Below are positions 9,711-17,694 of a stretch of DNA of 64,000 nucleotides, one piece after another. The notes beneath the pieces were generated by a model, which was not told the DNA's origin, did not search any database, and worked only from the letters and a program-made list of their open reading frames with translations. Each line of letters opens with the position of its first letter. Positions within the stretch are counted from its first letter, which is position 1. Both the position numbers and the translations under genes were made by a program. Origin of the DNA: Pseudobdellovibrionaceae bacterium (GTDB taxonomy: Bacteria > Bdellovibrionota > Bdellovibrionia > Bdellovibrionales > UBA1609); NCBI GenBank assembly GCA_023954155.1, contig JAMLIO010000008.1, forward strand, positions 5,229-69,228, in the 5' to 3' direction.

Positions 9711-10952
9711 CTAAAGATAAGTGGTTATCTTTAAAAGCTCATCCCAACTTAGAGCCTTCTGCTGGCCAGAAGCTAGATGTTTAAGCTGCACCTGTTTGTG
9801 CGTGACTTCATCTGGACCAAAGATCACCACATGAGTGCTGCCATTTTTTTCGCACTTTTTCATCTGTTTGGAAAAGTTCCCTGTCAGCGAATAATTCACA
9901 CTATGACCTTGATGGCGCAAGACTTCTGCCACTTGCAACAGATAGGTACGGTACTCGTGATTCATATCTACAATGCCAAGACTTGTGACTTGAGGGCGTT
10001 GAAATTGAGTCAGCAGTAACAGGCGTTCAAGACCTGCGGCCCAACCAAAACTGGGACAGTCAGGTCCTCCCATGCTTGAGATCAGATGATCGTATCTGCC
10101 TCCTGCAAGCAGTGTTCCTTGGGCGCCAAGTTCTGAATGTTGAATTTCAAAGACGGTGTCGTTGTAGTAGTCCAGTCCGCGCACCAACTTGGATTCGTAG
10201 GTGTAAGGAATTTCAAGAGCTTTTAAATGAGTCTCGACCTCAGCAATATAGGCTAAACTTTCAGAACTTAAATACTGTTTAAGCTCTGGTCCGCCGATTA
10301 AGAGTTTCTGATCGTTTTCATCCTTGCTGTCTAAAATGCGTAGAGGATTCGTGCTGAGTCTATTTTGACTGTCTTCAGAGAGCTGAGTTTTTTTGCTGGT
10401 CAAAAACTTCACAAGGTCGTCTTTAAATTTTTTTCTTTCAGGGGCTTGGCCCAATGAATTCAGTAAAATCTGGGCGTGTGTGTGTAGGTTTAAGTCTTTT
10501 ACTATGCGCCAACCCAGAGCAATGATCTCTGCGTCTACAATGGGGTCCCTTTGTCCAAGACATTCTACACCTAGCTGGGTGAACTGCCGCAGGCGTCCTT
10601 TTTGAGGGCGCTCGTGTCGGAACATAGGGCCTTGATAAAACACTTTATAAGGGAGTTCGCGAAAAAGTTTGTGACTGACAAAAAGCCTAGCGATACTGGC
10701 TGTGGCTTCAGGGCGAAGAACCATAAGGTCCCCACCTTTATCAGTAAAGGTGTACATCTCTTTGGTGACCACATCGGTGTCATCGCCTAAGCTTTTTAAA
10801 AAGACTTCGGCGTGTTCAAAAATAGGAGTTTCGTGCTCTAAAAACCCATACTGTTGCACGCATTTTCTGACCACAGCTAAAACCTGTTGTCTGTGGTAAA
10901 TCTCATCAGGGAAAATATCAGGGCAGCCTTTGGGGGCTTGAAGACGACTCAT
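9711..10952 (-). CDS. hisS: histidyl-tRNA synthetase
   Basis: Class-II aaRS motifs are present (LRPEATASIARL, FYQGPMFRHERPQKGRLRQFTQ, GGRYD). ATG at 10952 is preferred over the ORF-track start 10958 because AGGAG lies 5 nt upstream. Confidence 0.9.
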   Translation of the reverse strand: MSRLQAPKGCPDIFPDEIYHRQQVLAVVRKCVQQYGFLEHETPIFEHAEVFLKSLGDDTDVVTKEMYTFTDKGGDLMVLRPEATASIARLFVSHKLFRELPYKVFYQGPMFRHERPQKGRLRQFTQLGVECLGQRDPIVDAEIIALGWRIVKDLNLHTHAQILLNSLGQAPERKKFKDDLVKFLTSKKTQLSEDSQNRLSTNPLRILDSKDENDQKLLIGGPELKQYLSSESLAYIAEVETHLKALEIPYTYESKLVRGLDYYNDTVFEIQHSELGAQGTLLAGGRYDHLISSMGGPDCPSFGWAAGLERLLLLTQFQRPQVTSLGIVDMNHEYRTYLLQVAEVLRHQGHSVNYSLTGNFSKQMKKCEKNGSTHVVIFGPDEVTHKQVQLKHLASGQQKALSWDELLKITTYL

Positions 10953-11055
10953 AAACACTCCTAGGTTTCTAAATTACTGTATCTGTCTTGCGGATGGCAA
11001 GAGTTCTGGTATCTTTAGGGCTAAAGATTTTGAATTCCAGTATTAGGGGGCAAAT

Positions 11056-11907
11056 ATGGCAACTCAGAAAAAGAAAGCAGCTAAGAAAAACAAAAAAACC
11101 AGCAAAAAAGCACAGAAAAAAGCGAGCCGAAAGACAACTAAAAAGGCCCCTAAGAAAATCGCCAAAACAGCGAGCAAGAAAGCAAAAAAGACAAAGGCAA
11201 GTCAAACAGTCAGCAAGAAGGCCAGCGCAAAGTCCAAAGCCAGTAAGAAAAAAACGAATAAAGCTGCAAAGGCAAAAAAGACTTCATCTAAAAAAGCAGT
11301 AAAAACTGTGTCTGGGAGCAAAAAGAAAATAACATCTGCAAAAAAAACAAAATCGGCAGGAGCTAAATCTGCACCTAAGACTAAAACCAAGTCTGTGACT
11401 CAAAAATCTAAAACCACCACACCTGCTTCTGTGGTGTCGAAAACTTCTTTAAAGGTGGGGGACAGAGTTCCTCATTTTGTCGCTCAAGCCACAAAGGGGA
11501 CTGTGAGTCTGGACGGTCTTAAAGGTAAAAAAGTAGTGATTTATTTTTACCCCAAGGATCACACACCAGGGTGCACCATTGAAGGGCATGACTTCTCCAA
11601 AGCCCTTCCTGAATTTACGTCTCACAACACACTTGTGTATGGAGTTTCAAGAGACTCTTTATCTTCCCATGCAAGCTTTATTGATAAACAGTGTTACACC
11701 ATTGATCTGATCAGTGATCCCGAAGAAAAGTTGTGCCAGATTTTTGGAGTGATGGCCGAAAAAAGTCTTTATGGTCGTCAGTATATAGGTGTAGATCGCA
11801 GTACATTTTTGATTGATGAATCAGGTGTGGTGACCCACGTCTGGCGTAACGTCAAAGTTGATGGGCATGTGGACGAGGTATTAAAAGCCGCAAAGGGTGA
11901 GTCGTGA
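11056..11907 (+). CDS. bcp: Bcp-type peroxiredoxin fused to a ~130-aa N-terminal Lys/Ala/Ser/Thr-rich histone-H1-like tail
   Basis: The C-terminal domain has YFYPKDHTPGCTIEGHDF (peroxidatic Cys motif TPGCT). The N-terminal 130 aa are KK(A/T/S)-repeat low complexity. AGGGGG SD upstream. ORFs in other frames across this stretch are artefacts. Confidence 0.85.
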   Translation: MATQKKKAAKKNKKTSKKAQKKASRKTTKKAPKKIAKTASKKAKKTKASQTVSKKASAKSKASKKKTNKAAKAKKTSSKKAVKTVSGSKKKITSAKKTKSAGAKSAPKTKTKSVTQKSKTTTPASVVSKTSLKVGDRVPHFVAQATKGTVSLDGLKGKKVVIYFYPKDHTPGCTIEGHDFSKALPEFTSHNTLVYGVSRDSLSSHASFIDKQCYTIDLISDPEEKLCQIFGVMAEKSLYGRQYIGVDRSTFLIDESGVVTHVWRNVKVDGHVDEVLKAAKGES

Positions 11908-12551
11908 GTGATGTGCGTTTAGATTTTGCTCAAGAGATTTATGACATCTCACCTGTGATCAACTCTGAGCTTGCGGTGTTTCCAGGGGATGTGCCCTTTA
12001 GACAAGAGACCTCTTTAGATCAAAACAAAGGGGATCATTTGTATCTCTCAGCCATGACGACCACCTTACACATTGGGGCTCATGCTGATGCCCCCTTGCA
12101 CTACGGAAAAAACGCACCCTCTATAGATGTGCGTTCACTTCGTCCCTATATGGGAGAGTGTCAGGTGGTGCGTGTTAAAACTCCAATGGGTCAGAGAATA
12201 TCTTTAGCAGACTTTGATGTAGAAGTGATCAAAGCTCCGCGTGTACTTTTTAAAACAGAATCTTTTTACCCTTATCGTTGGACAGACACTTTTAATTCTC
12301 TTTCTTCTGAGGTGATTGAAGCTTTGGTAAAAATAAAATCTGTCACCTTGGTAGGAATCGACACACCTTCTGTGGACCCCCACGATTCAAAAGATTTAGA
12401 AAGCCACAGCAGTTTACTGCAAAATGATGTCTCTGTACTTGAGGGCCTAGACCTTGAGAAGGTGCCTGAGGGGATGTATCAGCTCATCGCCTTGCCTTTA
12501 AAGATTCAAGGTGCAGACGCTTCGCCCGTGCGGGCCATCCTGTTGCGCTAA
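11904..12551 (+). CDS. kynB: kynurenine formamidase (arylformamidase/cyclase family)
   Basis: HIGAHADAPLH matches the HxGTHxDxPxH metal motif of KynB-type cyclases. The GTG start overlaps the bcp stop (GTGA). Confidence 0.8.
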   Translation: MSDVRLDFAQEIYDISPVINSELAVFPGDVPFRQETSLDQNKGDHLYLSAMTTTLHIGAHADAPLHYGKNAPSIDVRSLRPYMGECQVVRVKTPMGQRISLADFDVEVIKAPRVLFKTESFYPYRWTDTFNSLSSEVIEALVKIKSVTLVGIDTPSVDPHDSKDLESHSSLLQNDVSVLEGLDLEKVPEGMYQLIALPLKIQGADASPVRAILLR

Positions 12552-12559
12552 GTTTAATC

Positions 12560-13306
12560 CTATCGGATTTTGTTTCCGTTATGAGCAGGGTTTCTGACCA
12601 AGTCCAAATTGCCTTCGCTCACCTTAGGAAAGGCTTGGGCTTTTCTGTAAGCCGCAGCCAGTTCGGGAGAGAGTTTGTAAAGTGTGACGGCCTCAGGAAG
12701 TTTTTCATCCTGATAGTCTAAGCACTGTCCCTTAAAAATTCTTTTGCATGTTCCTGCAAAGAAATCCAAGATGGGTTCGTTGCTGTATTCGATGAACTGG
12801 GACACGATGGCACATCCATCATGCTTTTGAGCGCCACATCTTTTGCCCTTAAGTTCTGGAACAAAAATCACATCGCCAATGTTTAAAGCTCGGCGGTCGC
12901 CAAATCGTTGTTCATCACGAAAGGTCTTTCCTACAGAAATGCTATGACAGGGGTCAAGACACACTTTTTGATCATTGTATTTTTGATGCCCAAAAAATCC
13001 TTTACTGACTTGTGGGGCATAACCAAAGGGACATAGTGCGCTAGATAAGGATTCCGTGCGGTCAGTGTGTCCAAAAAAAAGTTGGTTGTTGTCGGTGTCA
13101 ATGCAGTTTGTAAAAACATTCAGAGTGTCACTGTCGCAGTCTTCTTTAACAGGAGTGAAATACTTTGAAGGACTTCCTACTTTACCCAAGAGCCATTCTT
13201 TGTCCATACTTGCAGGGCATGTGGCTGACGCACTCAAAGCGATGAGGGTGGTAGGGATCAAACTGATTAGAATTTTAGAGATACAATTTTTCATAAAGAT
13301 CATCAT
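12560..13306 (-). CDS. secreted Cys-rich hypothetical protein, possibly with a 3D/MltA-like (double-psi beta-barrel) C-terminal domain
   Basis: Signal peptide ...LIALSASA. GDVIFVPELKGKRCG...HDGCAIV...ILDFFAG resembles the 3D-domain layout. That assignment is weak. Confidence 0.45.
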   Translation of the reverse strand: MMIFMKNCISKILISLIPTTLIALSASATCPASMDKEWLLGKVGSPSKYFTPVKEDCDSDTLNVFTNCIDTDNNQLFFGHTDRTESLSSALCPFGYAPQVSKGFFGHQKYNDQKVCLDPCHSISVGKTFRDEQRFGDRRALNIGDVIFVPELKGKRCGAQKHDGCAIVSQFIEYSNEPILDFFAGTCKRIFKGQCLDYQDEKLPEAVTLYKLSPELAAAYRKAQAFPKVSEGNLDLVRNPAHNGNKIR

Positions 13307-13393
13307 AGCGCACTTCCCGAGGCTTTGAAACAGCCTTTGGGGAAGTCTTTAAAGAGATTGGAGCTTAAAAACACAATATCGACCATGGTCCTG

Positions 13394-14458
13394 TTAGGAG
13401 TTAAAAATATCTTGGGGTAAGTGGGGCAAGTTGGAGCTTGAGATGAAAAAAGTAGAAAGCTTAAAGAAGTCGTTAAACACCTTGTGCTTTTCTGTAGCAC
13501 TTTTTAAATACTCCGCTCCCGAAGACCCACCTGTTCCTACCTTTTGACCCAACATACGAAGCACCATTTGTGCATGACGATAACGCCAAACGGTCCACTT
13601 TTCATCTAAAGTGAGAAGGTGAGTGATGAGTTGAAATGCAGGCTGTAAAGAAGGTTGTTCTCGGTAAAGCTGAATGAACAAGGCCGCCATTAAGGCTTTG
13701 TGAGACAGACGCCAGAATTTTTCTTTGCGGAACTCTTCATACTTGATGGGGTCGGTGATGATTTCAAAGTTGTCTCTTTCTTGTCCTAATTTTTTTAAAG
13801 CACTTTGCAGGTCCTCACCTTGTAAGAACTTTTGTAGCTGCAAGGCCTCATCTTCAAACATTCTATGAACGGCGTTCTTGTACTCTTGCCAGAAGTTGTA
13901 GTTGTCCACTTGCAGATAAGGGGTTCTTTCTAGCCATTTTTCAACAGCAGTAAAAAGGCTGGGCCCTTGTTCTGACTTTAGAACACTGTCTTTGGCTTCG
14001 GCGTTTAAATATTGATGGTAAGGACATCCTCCCATCATGGCGCGATCTGAGGCTCTTAAGCCCATACGGTTTTCAATGAGTCTAAATTGTGAACTTTGAA
14101 AACCTGAAGCTGAAAAAAGTAAGTTTCTAAACTCTAAAAATTCAAGAGGCGTCATAGTTTCTAGAACGTCTATCTGGTCGATCAAAATTTTTTGAATCTC
14201 AAGAATGCGCAGCATGCGGTGGTTGGCGGTGTAAAGATCCGAGTCAGGAACAAAGTCTTTAGATAAGATTTTAATGATAGAATCTAGTTCCCATATAATC
14301 TGTTTGAACCACAGTTCATAGGTTTGATGAATAATAATAAACAGCATCTCTTCGTGAGCGGGTTCACCCTTTTTCGCGCTCTCTAGGAATTGTAAACTTG
14401 TAATGTTCTCTACTTGTAGATAAGAATTGTAACTGAAGTTTTCATTTTTAATGCTCAT
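13394..14458 (-). CDS. kynA: tryptophan 2,3-dioxygenase
   Basis: YNSYLQ...AHEEMLFIIIHQTYELWFKQ and GTGGSSG blocks are typical of TDO. The start at 14458 (MSIKNEN) is chosen because it forms an ATGA overlap with the upstream stop. Confidence 0.85.
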   Translation of the reverse strand: MSIKNENFSYNSYLQVENITSLQFLESAKKGEPAHEEMLFIIIHQTYELWFKQIIWELDSIIKILSKDFVPDSDLYTANHRMLRILEIQKILIDQIDVLETMTPLEFLEFRNLLFSASGFQSSQFRLIENRMGLRASDRAMMGGCPYHQYLNAEAKDSVLKSEQGPSLFTAVEKWLERTPYLQVDNYNFWQEYKNAVHRMFEDEALQLQKFLQGEDLQSALKKLGQERDNFEIITDPIKYEEFRKEKFWRLSHKALMAALFIQLYREQPSLQPAFQLITHLLTLDEKWTVWRYRHAQMVLRMLGQKVGTGGSSGAEYLKSATEKHKVFNDFFKLSTFFISSSNLPHLPQDIFNS

Positions 14459-15528
14459 AAGTCCCTCTTTTGCAAGCGCGCTATTTCCGTACATAGATCT
14501 ATAAGATCTTGCTCTGTGGTGTCAAAGCTTGTCATCAGTCTGACTACACATTCTTCGGGACTAGAAGGGGACTCCTCTTCCCAGACGTAGAAAAAGACTT
14601 TTTCCCGCAAGGGCTTAATCCATTTTTTTTGCAGGGCGCAAAAGACGGCGTTAGACTCTACGGGGTAAAGAGGTTTAATGCCCAAGGAAGTGAGCCTCAA
14701 GCTTAGGTCTTGTGCCCTCTCGGTGCTGTGCTTTGCAATTTCAGTCCATAAATGATTTTCAAAATAAGTTAGAAATTGTTGGGATAAAAAGCGAGCCTTT
14801 GAGGGCAACTGCAAACTCTGTTTTCTTTCAAACTTAAAGGCGTGAGCCTCTTGGGGAGAGGTTTTACTGTTAATTAAAACCATCTCACATCCTAAAAGCC
14901 CATTTTTAGTGCCCCCTAAGCTGATGGCGTCAGCGTGTGAGGCGATGTCTTTAAATGTGCAGTTCAAATGAACTACGGCGTTGGCCAGACGTGCTCCATC
15001 AATGTGTAAGAAAAGTCCTAGCTCTTTACAAACAGCAGAGATGTCTTGAATCTCTTTAAGGCTGTACACGGTCCCAAGTTCAGTGGGCTGAGTGAGGCTG
15101 ACGGCTTGCAGTTGGCTGTAATGCTGGTCTCCGCGACGAATAAAAAACTGACGGATGTCTTGGGCTGAAATCTTGCCTTGATGGGTGGGAGCTAAAAGCA
15201 ACTTACAACCTATGTGCTTCTGTGGGGCCCCACATTCATCTAAATGCAAATGCGCCTGATCCGAGCAGAGGACCGTGTGCCAAGGTTTTACGAAGTGATT
15301 CAGAGCTAAAACATTAGCAGCACTGCCATTAAAAACCAAATAGGAGTGAAACTGGGGTCCAAATATTTTTTTGATGGTGTCTCTTAGACTCAGACTCCAA
15401 GGATCACCCTCATAACTGTGACAATGGTCTTTGTTTATAGATAGTAAAGACTCTAGAATTTGTGGATGTACACCTGAGTGATTGTCACTGGCTAAACTAC
15501 GTGGGGGATGTTTGGGGGATGTGGTCAC
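14455..15528 (-). CDS. PLP-dependent low-specificity threonine-aldolase-family (beta-eliminating lyase fold) enzyme
   Basis: ASDNHSGVHP, FNGSAANVLAL, DECGAPQ, HIDGARLANA and the PLP-Lys context LGGTKNG resemble LtaE-type aldolases. GTG start with AAGGAG 8 nt upstream. Confidence 0.7.
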   Translation of the reverse strand: MTTSPKHPPRSLASDNHSGVHPQILESLLSINKDHCHSYEGDPWSLSLRDTIKKIFGPQFHSYLVFNGSAANVLALNHFVKPWHTVLCSDQAHLHLDECGAPQKHIGCKLLLAPTHQGKISAQDIRQFFIRRGDQHYSQLQAVSLTQPTELGTVYSLKEIQDISAVCKELGLFLHIDGARLANAVVHLNCTFKDIASHADAISLGGTKNGLLGCEMVLINSKTSPQEAHAFKFERKQSLQLPSKARFLSQQFLTYFENHLWTEIAKHSTERAQDLSLRLTSLGIKPLYPVESNAVFCALQKKWIKPLREKVFFYVWEEESPSSPEECVVRLMTSFDTTEQDLIDLCTEIARLQKRDL

Positions 15529-15544
15529 AATGTGTTCTCCTTAT

Positions 15545-15622
15545 GGGACGAGATACGTAATTGATATTACATATCTGATTATAGGGCGAGATTTGTAATT
15601 GATATTATATATCTGAATTCAA
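15545..15622. promoter_or_regulatory. two tandem ~39-bp direct repeats, each containing an 11-4-11 palindrome, in the leader/promoter of the ltaE-like/kynA operon
   Basis: Copy 1 is GGGACGAGATACGTAATTGATATTACATATCTGATTATA and copy 2 is GGGCGAGATTTGTAATTGATATTATATATCTGAATTCA. The palindrome in copy 1 is AGATACGTAAT-TGAT-ATTACATATCT. Confidence 0.5.
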
Positions 15623-15630
15623 TGAAATAG

Positions 15631-16599
15631 CTATGTTGAAGATTGGGCTGCGTGATGAAGGTATCTGTAAGCAATCTGTGCGGCCAGTTTGGCGGTGCGA
15701 TGATCCTGATCTAGTGGGGGTGAGACTTCATAAATTCCCAAAACCTGCACGTCAAAATGATCCAGTAAAAAGCAAAACATCTGCAAGAACCCAAGGGGCT
15801 CAAGGCCTGTAGCAAAGGATTGACTGCACCCCATGGCATAGGCGTTAGAAAAAGCATCAATGTCGACACTCACATAACAGGGGCGATGGGGATTGGTCTC
15901 TGATTCTAATATTTTTTTAAATCGCGTGAAGTTTAAAAAAGACTGAGGATAACGCTCACTGCTCGTATAGAGATCAGAAAATGAAATCACTTGTCCTCCT
16001 TGGGACTTAAGCCACTGCAAATGCTCTTTGGAGTTGCAGTGCTCTTGGATGCCGATCTCGTAAAAATCAAAACCTCCGTGCTCTAACAGTCGATAAAAGG
16101 GGGTGCCACTTGTAATGCCATTGCTCATGGGTCTAACATCTAAGTGGGCATCAAAGTTAAAAATAAGAGGACGCAGACTAGATCCTGCATTTCTTTTTAA
16201 GAAATATTTTCCATCCACATAGCCGTAGTCATGTCCTCCGCCAAAGCTGATCAGTTTTTGTTTACTGCCAAGATTTTTCTCTAAAGCAGCCACAGCGACC
16301 TCGTGTCGAGAGGCGAGATCGGGCTGAGTGCTGAGATTTCCCAAGTCGGAAATCAAAGGCAAGTCGGTGTCTTCACCTCTAAAAGCAGGAGGGGTCATCT
16401 TAAATAAGAACTCACGAATGGCATTGGGAGCAAGGCGGGCTCCTGGGCGACCCGAATTATTTTTGATCCCTTCGTCATCAGGATAACCTACAAGCACAAA
16501 ATCACTGCTGGCGATGTTGGGAGATAAATAAGAAACAACACGTAAATCAGATTTGGTGGTTTGCAGGTGGAGGTCTTCGGGGTGAACGGGCTCAAACAT
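15631..16599 (-). CDS. arginase/agmatinase/formimidoylglutamase-family ureohydrolase
   Basis: Mn-binding blocks are present: GGGHDYGY, FDAHLDVR, SVDIDAFS. The size and N-terminal region look most like HutG-type enzymes, but substrate is not assignable. Confidence 0.7.
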   Translation of the reverse strand: MFEPVHPEDLHLQTTKSDLRVVSYLSPNIASSDFVLVGYPDDEGIKNNSGRPGARLAPNAIREFLFKMTPPAFRGEDTDLPLISDLGNLSTQPDLASRHEVAVAALEKNLGSKQKLISFGGGHDYGYVDGKYFLKRNAGSSLRPLIFNFDAHLDVRPMSNGITSGTPFYRLLEHGGFDFYEIGIQEHCNSKEHLQWLKSQGGQVISFSDLYTSSERYPQSFLNFTRFKKILESETNPHRPCYVSVDIDAFSNAYAMGCSQSFATGLEPLGFLQMFCFLLDHFDVQVLGIYEVSPPLDQDHRTAKLAAQIAYRYLHHAAQSST

Positions 16600-16605
16600 A
16601 CTTTA

Positions 16606-16643
16606 TTCCTTTATGATCTCTCTTAGGATCAGTCATAAAGGAA
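16606..16643 (-). promoter_or_regulatory. 11-bp perfect hairpin whose 3' arm (mRNA sense) contains the Shine-Dalgarno of the ureohydrolase gene
   Basis: On the minus strand the sequence reads TTCCTTTATGA-(16-nt loop)-TCATAAAGGAA-TAAAGT-ATG. The AAGGAA SD lies inside the stem. Confidence 0.4.
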
Positions 16644-16681
16644 TATTAGCAGGGTCAATGTGAAGATAAAAGGGGCTCTGC

Positions 16682-17359
16682 TTACTTGATGCCCAGTAGA
16701 AGTCCCCAATGGTAATTGGAAAACTGACCTTGTTGGTTTTGTGGTGGAGAGACGGTGCGGTACTTTTCTGTTGTTAAAGCTAAAGGGATTTTAACCTGAG
16801 TGTTTAAGAGTTCACCCGTGGCATTGGTCTCTTGAATGGTTAAGGCCAAATGGTCTACAGTTTCCATCTTATCCTGAGCGCGCGGTTTAGCGTGCACCAG
16901 AGACACCCCAAGTAACGTGCCTTTCACTACAGAGGAACTTTGAATTTCTGCCCCACGCCCTTCCCAAAATACAAACTGTACTGTTTGCCCCTGACGGGTT
17001 GAAGGGAATGAAAGGCTTTTTAAATATCCTATAAGGCTTGGGGTGTTAATGCTGTAAAAAGAGCCTTCAAGCTTTAGAGCTTCAAAAATTGGATCTAAAC
17101 TTTTCTCCCCATTCTGGTTCCATTTCGCGCGCGTTGATTCTGTACTTTTGAGAGGAATGGTATTGGTGGAAAGAGGCGTATCTATCTTATTGTTCCGAGA
17201 GATATAAAACCTCACACTGGGGTCTAAAAAGTCAGTAGTAGAACTTGGGTTAGGGACTGTAATCTCTTTTAAATACCCTAAACAAGCGGCATTAGCCCAA
17301 GACAGCGTAGGGGTGATAAGTGTCAATAAGATACACATGGAAAACACACTTTTTGTCAT
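16682..17359 (-). CDS. secreted hypothetical protein (225 aa)
   Basis: Signal peptide MTKSVFSMCILLTLITPTLSWA. The mature N-terminus NAACLGYL resembles that of the 7744-8268 protein. Confidence 0.5.
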   Translation of the reverse strand: MTKSVFSMCILLTLITPTLSWANAACLGYLKEITVPNPSSTTDFLDPSVRFYISRNNKIDTPLSTNTIPLKSTESTRAKWNQNGEKSLDPIFEALKLEGSFYSINTPSLIGYLKSLSFPSTRQGQTVQFVFWEGRGAEIQSSSVVKGTLLGVSLVHAKPRAQDKMETVDHLALTIQETNATGELLNTQVKIPLALTTEKYRTVSPPQNQQGQFSNYHWGLLLGIK

Positions 17360-17452
17360 CTTTACCTCAGTAATTTCAATAAGTTAGAACTTATACCCTT
17401 TTCCTTACCAATAATCCAGCAATAAAAGTGCCATTCTATTGGGGGGGCTTGG

Positions 17453-17597
17453 GTTCGGGTTGGATTTGGAGATTATTTTATGTGCACTCAAAATGCTCAG
17501 ACAGTGACGTTTGGCATGCTTTTGCGTTCGCAAAAGAATGCCAAGCCGAACTCGCATTTTGACCACACATAAAATAATCTCCAAATCCAACCCGAAC
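17453..17597. repeat. rod-like hairpin element, copy 1 (conserved core reads on the minus strand)
   Basis: 17453-17484 is the exact reverse complement of 17566-17597 (32 bp). The interior 81 nt folds further and is 92% identical over 75 nt to the core of the 33651-33791 element. Confidence 0.85.
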
Positions 17598-17694
17598 GCC
17601 AGGCCGAGTGAGGGACTTTATCTGGGCTTACAGATGCTTGGGGTATGTGGTGAGGATTGGTTTTATGAGAAACAGACATGAGTGCCGTCTATTC

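Noticed and set aside
10969-11390. ORFs 10969-11205(-), 10988-11302(+) and 11202-11390(-)
   Set aside because: These are alternative-frame or antisense readings of the Lys-codon-rich (AAA/AAG) tail of bcp. Their composition is Lys/Arg or Phe/Leu homopolymer-like, and they have no start context.
17453-17597. Interpreting the hairpin elements as integron attC sites, retron msr/msd, or REP/RAYT-type repeats
   Set aside because: No R-box (RYYYAAC/GTTRRRY) is present at the ends. No integrase, reverse transcriptase or Y1 transposase gene lies nearby. No GTAG-type REP head is present. Each resemblance is limited to being an imperfect palindrome.
17405-17679. ORFs 17405-17590 and 17497-17679 (61 and 60 aa) across hairpin element copy 1
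   Set aside because: They are generated by the palindrome itself. They have no SD and no equivalent ORFs in copy 2, and the translated sequence is not conserved between copies.
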